Shown here: one piece after another, positions 21,820-32,362 of the stretch
Numbering within the stretch: the stretch's first letter is position 1
How the letters are laid out: each line of letters starts with the position of its first letter
From: an uncultured Planctomycetota bacterium
Lineage (GTDB): Bacteria > Planctomycetota > Planctomycetia > Isosphaerales > Isosphaeraceae
DNA length: 64,000 nucleotides
Assembly (NCBI GenBank): GCA_963845755.1
Contig: CAWJTV010000040.1
Span: 32,001 to 96,000 of the forward strand
Direction: 5' to 3'
Translations under genes and position numbers: made by a program
Notes under the pieces: model-generated
What the model was told of the DNA's origin: nothing
The model's database searches: none
The model's input: the letters and a program-made list of their open reading frames with translations, nothing else

Positions 21820-22050
21820 CCGGATTGGCTTCCGCCTTCGAGATGGTGACCAGACGGCTGTTGACGCCGGTCCCGCTGGCCTTGAAGGCGTCGGGTGGTA
21901 GCTGCTCCGATTCTCCTCCGACCTCATCGAGCCAGTCGCGGAATCCCTGGTCAGCCCAACGGAAGAACGGCCCCTCGCTCATGATGGCGACCAGCCGGCC
22001 GCCCGGCTTGAGCATCCCGTAGGCGTGCTGGACCTGGGCTACGTCTGCGG
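21820..22050 (-). pseudogene. C-terminal fragment of a mobile-element DNA methyltransferase
   Basis: 'HAYGMLKPGGRLVAIMSEG...FRDWL...LPPDAFKASGTGV'. Confidence 0.7.
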
Positions 22051-22052
22051 AA

Positions 22053-22520
22053 GTACCCGTTCACACCCTGGTCAACAGTTGTAAGATACCTGGTTTTCAG
22101 GCATCAGGAAATATCAATGCTAGTCTATGTGACATTCGGCATCGAAACCGCCGATTACCCCGTCGGAACGCGATGACTCGTTCCCACGCTCCGCGTGGGA
22201 ATGCCGTCTGCGACGCTCGGCGTCGTCCTCTTCGAAGTCAGGCCTCCGAGAATCCTTGGGACCGACGCGATGATGAGCCAGAAGTTGAGCGCCATCTCCG
22301 AGAACCCGCTGGAGCGGGGCTCCCCTTCGATCCGACGCCTGGGAGATCCTCCGACGCCCGCAACCCTGCCGAGACGGAGTCCTGGGTTTCGGTGACAACC
22401 GACGGGTCACTGGAAATCCAAGACGAAGACGACGCGGAGCGTCGCAGACGGCATTCCCACGCCGAGCGTGGGAACGAGTGATAATCTCGGAAAATTGTCA
22501 ACCGAGGTGTGAACGCGTAC
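22053..22520. mobile_element. MITE with IS66-type terminal repeats
   Basis: GTACCCGTTCACACC...GGTGTGAACGCGTAC; first 11 bp equal the IS66 end at 63030; no TSD. Confidence 0.65.
22176..22479. repeat. REP doublet (52-bp inverted repeats) enclosing a decayed RAYT transposase 3' fragment
   Basis: ACTCGTTCCCACGCTCCGCGTGGGAATG... at 22176-22227 inverted at 22428-22479; interior reads MMSQKL..ENPLERG / SSDARN. Confidence 0.75.
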
Positions 22521-22628
22521 ACCGGTTAAACGAGCGCAACAAAGTCTGCAAATGCAGATCTGATCAACTTTCCTGGAAAGGCCAGTCTTGATTAGAACCC
22601 GGCCACCGGACTTGCTCATGAGGCGGCC

Positions 22629-23033
22629 CTAGATACTGAGACCCAGATAATCACAAAGGAGGTCCCGATTGCACAAGTGGTTGGCGACCCAGTCCAGTTG
22701 ACTGTCGGTGAGGCCGTGGCGTCGGGCAACCTGCCGAAAGCGCCGGTTGATTTCAGCGTGCGCAAGGTCCAGGTCCCGCCTTTTGCGACCAAAACCATAA
22801 CCGGAAAAGACCTCTGGTCCCTCATCCCAGATATCCAGGGCTGCCCGCCACGCAACGTCCGTGGGTATCGAGGCGGGTATCTTCGGAAAGGCGACTCGGG
22901 GCCGAAGCTTCTGACCCTCGGGCTTCGCGACGGACTTCGAGTGCTTTGGTTCCCCGGCCGGGGGATCTGAACCGCGCACCGAGTGCCGAGTCTGGCACGG
23001 CAACAAAGCCAAGAGCACCATCACGTGATACAT
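22629..23033 (-). CDS. Secreted hypothetical protein
   Basis: 134-aa ORF with a hydrophobic N-terminus. Confidence 0.45.
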   Translation of the reverse strand: MYHVMVLLALLPCQTRHSVRGSDPPAGEPKHSKSVAKPEGQKLRPRVAFPKIPASIPTDVAWRAALDIWDEGPEVFSGYGFGRKRRDLDLAHAEINRRFRQVARRHGLTDSQLDWVANHLCNRDLLCDYLGLSI

Positions 23034-23462
23034 GGCTACTTGTCACAGTTGCATGTCAAGAAATCTGCCCTTACGCTTCCATGCCCGCTGATTCGACGTT
23101 GGCAATGTGCCACAGGATTCTAAACACGGTGCCGGGACTGCTGGGCAGTCTCATTCTTCCCGAAAACATACGAGAGTACCCAGCCAAGTGGCAGGGGGAG
23201 ATAGGCGGGTTTCTCGGGTCTCCATGTTCCGTCGAGCCGCACCGTGAGTTTTGATCGCTCTCCCGAGAACCCTATCCGATGCACCGCTATGAGGAACCTG
23301 GGTGCGATGGAAGCATCGGGCTCGGACAGACGTGAGAAGCCAACTAGGCAGCTTCATAGAGCACCTCCTTTCACGCAAGAGTGAGGTGATGCCACGCCGC
23401 CAATCATCTATTCGATACCCGGGGACGAGTACTAAGAAATAGGCCCGCGGTTAAACGGCCGG

Positions 23463-23560
23463 ATGAAAATCGCCACCTACAACGTCAACTGAATCGGAGC
23501 GAGGCTGCCGGTGCTCCAGAAGTGCCTCGCGTCCTCGAAGCCGGATGTCGCCTGCCTTCA
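23463..23560 (+). pseudogene. xth: 5' fragment of exodeoxyribonuclease III
   Basis: MKIATYNVN*IGARL...KPDVACLQ with a premature stop, then truncated. Confidence 0.7.
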
Positions 23561-23887
23561 ATGTCTCACTTTGGGATCTAAAATCCCGCGCCTCCCAGGC
23601 GACCACTTCCAGTACGTCGAAGTGAGCTTGGCCGGTCGCACCGGCTGAGGATTTCGGTGGTCATCGAGCGGGCGAAGGAGCTTGCATCTTGGCCTTCTCC
23701 GGGTCCCATATCAGTCGGACTTCGAGCCGACTGTCGAACCCACCCGCTTCCAGCCGGTGGTCTTTCAGTTCCATCCGTGTCCCACCGCTTGTAGCACAGA
23801 CTTCCGAGGATATCATTGGTTAGCCTCAGCAGTCGCTACGTTGGGTGTCCCCCGTATTTTAGTTGGCACAAAGCGAGGAGCGAATGG

Positions 23888-24751
23888 ATGGCATTCAAGA
23901 CGAACTGCATCGCCGTTCTCGTCGCCTGTCTCGGCGTGTCTTCCGCGTTCGCTCAGGAGACAACGCCACGATTCAAGGTAATCGCTTTCTATACCGGGAA
24001 GGCCGATGCTGCGCACATTAGCTTCGTGAAGGAAGCGAAGTCGTGGTTTGCCCGGATGGCCGCCGAGCACCACTTCTCGTTCGAGTCCACGCAAAACTGG
24101 GACGACCTGAACCGGGGGTTTCTCGCGTCGTACCAGGTGGTCGTGTTTCTGGACACGCGACCGGACTCGCCACGCCAGCGCGAAGCGTTCCAGGAATACA
24201 TGAAGAACGGCGGCGCCTGGATGGGCTTTCACTTCTCCGCTTTCGCGCTCACTCCTTCGAAATACCCGCAGAACTGGGACTGGTATCACAACGAGTTCCT
24301 GGGCTCCGGCATGTACGTCGGGAACACATGGAGACCCACCTCGGCGATCCTGCGGGTGGAGGACACCCAGCATCCCGCGACCGTCGGATTGCCGGCCACT
24401 TTCCAGAGTGCCCCCAACGAATGGTACAAGTGGTCCAAGGATCTGAGAACTAGCCCGAATATCCGGATCCTGGCCTCGATCGATCCGGCCAGCTTCCCCC
24501 TGGGCACCGGGCCGAAGAAGCACGAGATCTGGCATGACGGATACTATCCCGTGGTCTGGACGAACCAGAAATACCGTATGATCTACTTCAACATGGGCCA
24601 TAACGACATGGACTATGAAACCAAACCCAGCAAGGAGTTGTCCTCCTCGTTCGCCAACGAAGTGCAAGACCGAATGATTCTCAATGCGCTGGAATGGCTG
24701 GGCACGGGGGAGAAGCCCCGAAGTCCCGGCGGCAAGCAGCCCGGCAAGTGA
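23888..24751 (+). CDS. Secreted ThuA-like domain protein
   Basis: Signal peptide; 'AFQEYMKNGGAWMGFH', 'NEWY', 'YFNMGH'. Confidence 0.85.
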   Translation: MAFKTNCIAVLVACLGVSSAFAQETTPRFKVIAFYTGKADAAHISFVKEAKSWFARMAAEHHFSFESTQNWDDLNRGFLASYQVVVFLDTRPDSPRQREAFQEYMKNGGAWMGFHFSAFALTPSKYPQNWDWYHNEFLGSGMYVGNTWRPTSAILRVEDTQHPATVGLPATFQSAPNEWYKWSKDLRTSPNIRILASIDPASFPLGTGPKKHEIWHDGYYPVVWTNQKYRMIYFNMGHNDMDYETKPSKELSSSFANEVQDRMILNALEWLGTGEKPRSPGGKQPGK

Positions 24752-24939
24752 AGCACACGTAAGGTGTGTAATATCCCGTCCTATCTCCGCAGTGCCCCGG
24801 AACGTCATCCCCACGATCATAACGAAGGTCAACCACGAGAAGACTGCCACGATTCGTGGGATCGAACGCAAGGTCATCGCGAGAGATTCTCGGGCCGTCC
24901 AGCTTTCGGCAGACGCATTCAAGACAACCGGGGGGGCAC

Positions 24940-25193
24940 TCAGGTTTTCACTAGAGCATCGGCGCCGGGAGGTCGCGTCGCTCGCGGCTTATCACGTGTC
25001 CAAGGCGAGGGCCGGTGCGATCATTCGCCCGGGCAGCGTCGGCGCGAAGGTGACCTACGTCGATCCCGATGGGAAAGTCATGACAATGGACGACGTGGGG
25101 GTGGCTACCTGGCACGAGGCGCTCGCGGAGAAATACCGTCCTGCCGCCCACTACCCCTGACCCCCGGTCGAGCCGGACCCGCCGGAACCGTGA
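24940..25193 (+). pseudogene. Remnant of the YPW..EPDPPEP paralog family
   Basis: 'WHEALAEKYRPAAHYP*PPVEPDPPEP' with a stop where the paralog has Trp. Confidence 0.6.
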
Positions 25194-25246
25194 ACGGCGA
25201 TCTTGGGTTGAGACCTTCCAGCCAAACGTCGTCGAGATCCCGACCA

Positions 25247-25525
25247 ATGGAACAGCAACGTCCCCGCTGGCGATTCCGCATCAGCACGCTGATGTTCCTC
25301 GTCATCAGCCTGGCCCTGGCTCTCGCCTTGGTCATCGAGCGTCGGCGGATGGAGCGGGAGTTGTATCGAGCCCGAGCGGAAGTCGCGGTGACCCGAGCAG
25401 AGACCGCGGCGTCCCGAGAGGAATCTGCGAGGTTGATTGCGAAATTACAGAAGGCCCTGGATGCGTCCCGGGAGGCTCTGGCGAAGGCCCAACGAACAAA
25501 GGCCCAGTCCGAAGCAGAAAAATGA
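25247..25525 (+). CDS. Small 'RFRISTLM' TM plus coiled-coil protein
   Basis: N-terminal motif, TM helix, coiled coil. Confidence 0.65.
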   Translation: MEQQRPRWRFRISTLMFLVISLALALALVIERRRMERELYRARAEVAVTRAETAASREESARLIAKLQKALDASREALAKAQRTKAQSEAEK

Positions 25526-25579
25526 GCATCCCGAGGCGGCTATGGCGCCGCTGGCGTGGCGATCGACCCGAGGGCCGGC

Positions 25580-27270
25580 TCATCCATCGACCGAGGCCGG
25601 CGACACGCCAGGAGACGAGACGGCTCCCCCTTCCGAGGCCCGCAGGTCTCTGAGTAAGCGATCAAAGGCTTTCTGATAGGCGTCGTGATCCTTCCAACCA
25701 TTGAAATCGCCGATGTGCCGAGTCCGTTTGATGTGCGTGGCCCAGGCGACCGGGGTTTCCAGGATCGCATCGTCGAGCCGGATCGGGAAGAGGATCGTCC
25801 GGTTCTCCCGGTGTTCCCGCTCCAAGGCCGTTTCAACTTCGGTCTCGACCCAATTGCTCGCGATGGAGTGTTCCGAGAGAACGAGCATGAGCTTGTCGTG
25901 GACCCGGATTGCCTGATCGATCTGATGGCGGAACTTGTCACCGATCTTGAGATCCTCGTGGTCGAGCCAACAGCGTACACCCTTGGCCTGGAGATCCGCA
26001 TGGAGGCGTTCGGCGAAGTCCCGGTTCTTGGAGCTGTAACTGATGAAGCACGAATAGAACTGAATCGGACTCATCGAGCTAATCAGGCTGGGGGCGTAGG
26101 CAATGAGTACATTAGGTAGGCCACAGCCTCGCAGGAATGCATCGGGGATATTTCCTTTGGAGCGAACGAGAGTATCGGTACTTATCGAGCTAGCCTGGAT
26201 TCCCATGGAGGCAAAAACGGGGTAGGCTACGACGCAATCCATAAACGAAGCAAAATTCGTCGAAGTGGGTTTTCCCCTGGATTTCAAGTGGTTCTGGCTT
26301 GAAACGGCTCATCGAAACGCCTCTCTCGATGTTAGGTGATCCGTAAACTGAAAAAAGAGCATCCACGGTGTCAACTCAATGCATCCACTGTGGTGAATTC
26401 GATAGATTTGTCGCAAGAACCCCTTGTTTTCCAGGAGGAAGTGAGATTCGATCGACGAACATATCATCCATGGTGATCAAGTTAACTTAGTGGGAGACCC
26501 ACCTTTAACTCTTGGAGGAGCATAACCAGTTCCGAGGCGAAAAGCTGAGTATCGCGGGCTTTTTTCCAATCATGCGGCAACAAATGTTAGCCCAATCTGC
26601 CTCCATGGGAATCCAGGCTAGGAGCCATGTGGTCGATTGAATCGAGACCGTTGACTTCGGATAGATCCACATTTGCGATGATTGTATCATTGAAGATGGA
26701 CTTCGTGAGAAAAGCTCGATGCAGACTGGCTGAGAGGATACTTGCACCAGTGAGATCGGCCGCGCTCAAGTTCGCTCCATCAAGCTTGGCCCATCGAAGG
26801 TTCGCAAACTTGAGACTAGCCCCGCTGAGGTTGGCCTCGCGCAGATTCGCCCCACTGAGATCGGCTCCGCTGAGATCCGCCTTGGCGAGATCACTCATCG
26901 AAAGCTGCGCCCGGCTGAGATTGGTCTCACTGAGATCAGCCCCTCTTATATCTGCGTTGGAGAGTATAGTCTCGAAAAGGATGGCATCCAGAAATGTGCC
27001 GTCGCTGAGGTTGGCTCTGCTGAGAGTGGCTCCGCTGAGGTTAGCTCGAATCAGATCTACATTTCGGAGATCGGCTCCGCGGAGATCGACATTTCGGAGA
27101 TTGGATTCGCTGAGACTTGCGTCGTGGAAATCGACTTTCGTAAGCTTGGCATCACGAAGACACGCGCGGTCGAGGAGTGGTATCTCTTCACCAGATTCAC
27201 GACGTTGATTCCATTCGGCGATTCCTTCCGGTCCGCCTTTGAGCAATCTAAGCGCCTCATCGCGATCCAT
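25580..27270 (-). pseudogene. Pentapeptide-repeat plus TIR domain protein interrupted by a MITE
   Basis: ADLS/ANLS repeats; TIR 'CFISYSS...SNWVETE'; removing 26193-26620 restores HMAPSSISTDT. Confidence 0.88.
26193..26618. mobile_element. 426-bp MITE, TA duplication in a CTAG target (IS630/IS5-like targeting)
   Basis: Perfect 21-bp TIR GCCTGGATTCCCATGGAGGCA; AT-rich interior without a transposase. Confidence 0.9.
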
Positions 27271-28230
27271 GGCCCTGCTCCCCCCTTGATGCAAGTCTCG
27301 GATCAAGCGGACAATTAAGACTCTATCTGAGGGGGGAACCGGACGTCCATGACCGAGCGGGTCCTCAACGGCGATAAGACCCGGGGATTGCCGCGCGGGA
27401 CGAACTCGCGGATAATTTCCATTCTTCCAGCCCTTGATTTCCTGCCTGGAAACAGCCCGCAATGCACCCCCGCCGCGCCTTCCGTGCCCTTCTGATGCTG
27501 ACCCTCGTCTCTCTGATGACCGCCGCGGCCGCCTCCCCGGCATGGGCCTGGGGGAGGTTGGGTCATCGCGTGATTGCCAGGCTGGCCGAACATCACCTGA
27601 CCGATCGGGCGAAGCAAGAGATCAAGGCCCTGCTGGAGCCGGGAGAGTTGCTGGCCGACTGCTCGACGTGGGCCGACGAGGTCCGGGGGAGGATGAGGAA
27701 GTCTGCCCCTTGGCACTACATCGACATCCCTTTAGATGAGCTTAAGTACGATGACAAGTGGGCCGCGGACGACTCCCGCCATGGTTCCATTGTCCCGAAG
27801 ATCCGGGAGTTCCTGAACGTCCTTGGGAACCCGGACGCCCCGGTCGCGGAACGCCGCCCTGCGCTCCGTTTCGTCGTGCATCTGGTCGAGGACCTCCACC
27901 AGCCTTGCCACGTCGGGGACAACCACGACCGCGGCGGGAACGATACCCAAGTCCGTTGGTTCTCCCGCGGGTCCAACATGCACCGGGTGTGGGACACCTG
28001 ATACCGATCGGGAAATCAGAGCCATCTTCGATCGTCTGGAGGGAGCCACCCGAGCTGTCGTCGATCCTGGCCTCTCCTTCTGAAGCGCATGTCTCAGACC
28101 GTTTCATCTTTTGTCTTGTTCTCAACAAGGCGATAGACTCACAAATCAGCGTCTCCTTCGCCTTTTGATCACGCTCGAGGAGGATGGTAGGGCATCCTCC
28201 TCGAGCTTTCCCTTGGGAGCAGTACCTCCC

Positions 28231-28810
28231 GTGGGCGCCGGTCAGGGTACGCCAAAGCACGGCACTTCGGCCAGAGGGCGCCGACTGCGCCCGCGGATTT
28301 GTTTCCGCAAGGGGTGTGGACGCAAGTATCAGCCCCGCCGCTGGAACCAGCGCCACTGCCAGGACCCGCAATGTCAGCGGGAGGTCCACCGCTGGCAGGC
28401 AGTGCGCCGGCAAGCCCGACATCGCCAGCACGCCCAGGCCAGAGCCCAGCATGCCCAGGCGGAAAAAGTGCGCCGTCAGCGAGCGAAGTCTGCGTCCCAG
28501 ACCATTGAGAGCTCAGAAGTTACGCCGGCGCGTGGTCACGCAGCAGAAGATTTTTTTCTCCGCCGTTATGCGATCGGCCGGGCTGCCATGAGCACCCCGT
28601 GAGCTCGCCCCGCAACCCCGCCCGCTACTGCGGCCCTGCCTGCCGGCAGGCCGTTCGCAATGTCCAGGACCGGGAACGCAAGTGGCTTTCCCGCGGCACC
28701 TCGGATGGGCGGAAGAAGCGCGCGATCGAGTACCAGGCCGCACGAAGCGCCGCATCGTTCGATCAGGCCATCTCACCAACTCGGCACCATCGCGACCACC
28801 TCCCCAATGA
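28231..28810 (+). CDS. IS-borne double zinc-finger orf1, predicted -1 frameshift at 28551-28557 (3' end approximate)
   Basis: CFRKGC...HCQDPQC, then T-TTT-TTT, then CDRPGC...YCGPAC. Confidence 0.65.
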
Positions 28811-28905
28811 CGGTCCTCCCCAGGCGGCGCCGGTCGTCACTTATCGCGTGGCCATCCGCCGCGCTGGTTTGCTGGAGCCGGTGGTTTTCCCTCAGGAGTT
28901 CCAGC

Positions 28906-29315
28906 ATGCCTGCGACACCCATCCTCGTCCCCGCGACTGCGGCGTCCCCCCCAGACCGGTTGGTCCTGGGTTGACCGTCGCTTCGTGCGCGAGCACGCCT
29001 GCGCACCTCTCCCGCGACGCCGTGCTGCTGTACTTCACCCTCTGTGCCGTGGCCGACAAGCACGGGTTGTCGTTCTATGGCGACGCCACCATGGCCGCCA
29101 TGGTGCGGATGAACTTGCCGGCCCTGATGGCCGCCCGTGAGGAATTGCTCGCCCGCGATCTCATCGCCCATGAGACGCGTTTCACTCAGGTGCTCTCCCT
29201 GCCGCCAGCCGGCCAACGCCGCGGTGAGTCCGGCGGAGGACTGATGTCTCTGGGCGAGATCTTGCGCCAGGCCGCCGCACTCCCTCAGCTCGACGACGAA
29301 AGGAGCCTGCCATGA
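28906..29315 (+). CDS. IS-borne winged-helix orf2 (indels)
   Basis: 'LLYFTLCAVADKHGLSFYGD...AREELL'. Confidence 0.7.
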
Positions 29316-30821
29316 ACGTCGGTTTGTGGGCGGAGATCCGCCGCCTGGCCGAGATCGACAAGCTCTCCACCCGGGCCATTGCGCGACGACTCCACTGCGC
29401 CCGGCGGACCGTGACCGCGGCCCTCCAGCGGGATCATCCCTCGGCGCCCCCCCGCGCACGCCGCGCCAGTCTTTTGGACCCGTACAAGGCCAAGATCAAC
29501 GCCTTGGTGGAAAAGTGTCCCGAACTCTCGGCGGTGCGAATCCGCGAGGAGATCGCCCGCGGGCCCGACGGTTATACCGGCAGTACGATCCTCGTGCGTC
29601 GCTATCTCCGGACCATCCGCCCGGCTCGCGGACGGATCTACCAGGAGGTCCATTACGAGCCGGCCCAGGCCATGCAGGTGGACTGGGGCGAGTGCGGTCA
29701 CGTCCAACTCGGGACCACGACCCGCAAGGTCTCGGTCTTCGTGGCCGTGCTCTGCTACAGCCGCCTGATGTTCATCGAGTTCACGCTGTCGCATGCAAGG
29801 CCGAGTTCTATCGCGGCGTGGTGCACGCCCTGGAGTTCTTCGGCGGCAGTCCCCGCGCCCTGATCGTCGACAACTTGAAAGCCGCCGTCCTCAACGGCTC
29901 GGGCCGCACCGCCTGTTTCCATCCCGAGTTCCTGGCGCTGTGCGGTCACTTCTGCCTGCAGCCGATCGCTTGCGAACGACGCGACCCGGAATCCAAAGGG
30001 ATCGTCGAGGGGGCCGTGCGCTACGTCAAGCACAACGCCTTGGCCGGCCGTGGGGCGGAGCTGACGGGCTTCGAGGACTACCTGGCTCTGGCACCACTGT
30101 GGCGTGACCAGGTGGCCAACGTGCGGCTCCATGAGACGACCAAAGAGCGGCCGGTCGATCGCTTCCTGCGTGAGCGCCCGCGGCTGCGCCCGTTGCCGGC
30201 GATCCCGTTGGACACCGACGAGGTCGTGGCCGCGGTCGTCAGTCCCCATGCGCGGGTCGAGTTCGACGGCAACCGCTATTCGACACCGCCGAAGTTCGCT
30301 CGCCGGGCGGTCACGATCCGCGCCGACCGCGACGCGGTCCGCGTCCTCCACGAGGGTCAGGTGCTGACCCAGCATGTCCGTTGCTACCAGCGGGGACAGT
30401 TGATGGTCCGGCCGGACCATCGCACTGCCCGCTGGCCCTGGGCCGTCGGGCTCGGAGCACCGCGCTGGAACAGACGTTTGACGCGTTGGGGCCCGAGGCA
30501 CGCCAGTTCCACCTCGGCCTGCGGCGTCAGCCGATCAAGACCGGCGTTCACCTGCGTCGCTTACTCGGCCTGGCCCAACTCTACGGGGCCACCGAACTGC
30601 TCTCAGCCATCGCGGAGGCCCTGGAACTGGCGATCTACGATGCTGCGGCGGTCGAGAACCTCCTGTTGGCCCAACGGCGACGGCGGCAACTCCCGACCCC
30701 CACGTTGCCCACGCCCCGGCGGCGCGAATTGATCGATGAGATCGAACTGGAACCGGCCGATCCCAGCTTCTACGATCGCTTCTGCACTCACACCGCGGAG
30801 GACGCTCATGGCACGACGTGA
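29312..30821 (+). CDS. istA: IS21 transposase IstA, frameshifted
   Basis: QVDWG, VDNLK, KGIVE. Confidence 0.9.
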
Positions 30822-31577
30822 GGACAATCTCCAGACCCGATTGGACCGCGATCTGGCCGAATTGAAGTTGCCCGAGATCGCCAAAGCCTACCGCGAAGTG
30901 CTGGATGACGCCGGCGCAAGGGGAGCTCGATGCTGGAAGTCCTGGCGACTCTGATCGGCCTGGAGCAAGCCGCCCGTCAGCAACGCGCCCTCCAGCGGCG
31001 GCTGTGCGAGGCCCGGCTGCCCAAGTTGAAAACCCTGGCCGAATATGATTTCACCTTTCCCAAGCGGATTCCCAAGGCAACGATCCTGCGGTTGTTCGAC
31101 TGCGACTTCATCCCCCGCCATGGCTTCGCCGTGCTGATCGGCCCGACCGGAACCGGAAAGTCGCATCTCCTCACGGCGTTGGGTTACACGGCGGCCGAGC
31201 GCGGCTACTCGGTCCGCCATACACGGGTCGTGGACATGATCAATCATCTCACCACGGCCCAGATCAACGGTCTGCTGGGCAAGGTGCTGAAGACCTACGT
31301 CCGTCCCAGTCTGCTCCTGCTCGATGAGCTGGGCTATCTGCCCATCGACAAGCGCGGGGCCGATCTGTTGTTCCAGGTGGTCGCGGCCCGTTATGAATCC
31401 GGATCGATCGTCCTATCGACGAATCGACCCTTCCGGGAATGGGGCGCCCTGTTCGACGTGGACAACACCCTGGCCACGGCCTTGATCGACCGGCTGATGC
31501 ATCACGGGGAGGCACTGGTGATTCAAGGAGATAGCTATCGGATGAGAGACAAAGATTCTGATTCGACCAGCGCGTGA
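30808..31577 (+). CDS. istB: IS21 ATPase IstB, frameshift near 30915
   Basis: GPTGTGKS, DELGYLP, IDRLMHH. Confidence 0.9.
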
Positions 31578-31579
31578 AT

Positions 31580-31902
31580 CAGCGCGGCGCGTCCACGTCC
31601 GGAGCGGGTATTCCCCGCGAAGTGAGCATCCTTTGGCGTTAGTGACCGGGATGTCCAGCCCACCCTTGAGCCAGCCCGGCGATCCTGCCGGGCTGTTGGT
31701 TCAAGCGGCCGGTTCCTTGAACAGCGGGCTCGCGTCGGCCCCAGGCCCTGGTCCAGGATCCGCCAGCAGCTCCAAGTAGGGGCTTCGTCTTGGCGACCTG
31801 GTCATCCTGTGGTGGCCCGCGGCGGTCCACGGCGAGTGAATTGGCGGTGGTCCCGTCCCCAACGTCGGACTCACGGAGCAGGAACGCCTGGCCGGTCCGT
31901 CC
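31580..31902 (+). ncRNA. Candidate structured RNA downstream of istB (copy 2)
   Basis: Covarying hairpins relative to copy 1. Confidence 0.55.
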
Positions 31903-32362
31903 GCGTCTCGCGACGTCACGACACAGATTGAGACCGACCTCACTCCTCGCATTTGACCGCGTGCCGAGCGGCGTGGCCGCATGCGCCGATCGTCTTGGAC
32001 CTCACTCGAGCGCCCCTTGTGGCTCCGTCTTCACGATCAAAAGTGGCTCTCATTTCCAGATCGGTCCCAACACCGGCATCATCGAACGGGCGAGCCAGGA
32101 TGGGGCCCGGTGGCTCGACGACCTGGTCGCGATGGACACGCCAGAAGCCCGCCAGAAGGCTAAGGGCGACTCCGTCGAGGAGTGGGTGACCGCGAGCCTG
32201 CTGGCGGCCCGGGATGCCTACCAGGACCCGGCGACGGGGCAGAGGATGAAGTCGGGGGCCAAACTGGGGGATGCGTACTACGAGCGGAGCCTGCCCGTGG
32301 CGAAGCGGCGGCTTCTTGAGGCGGGGGTGAGGCTGGCGTGGGTGCTCAACGAGGGCCTCGCG

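Larger units (their letters stand above)
27999..32069 (+). mobile_element. IS21-family-like element copy 2 (4071 bp), 5-bp TSD ACACC
   Basis: Imperfect ~37-bp TIRs TGATACCGATCGGGAAAT / TGGGACCGATCTGGAAAT; ACACC at 27994-27998 and 32070-32074. Confidence 0.93.
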
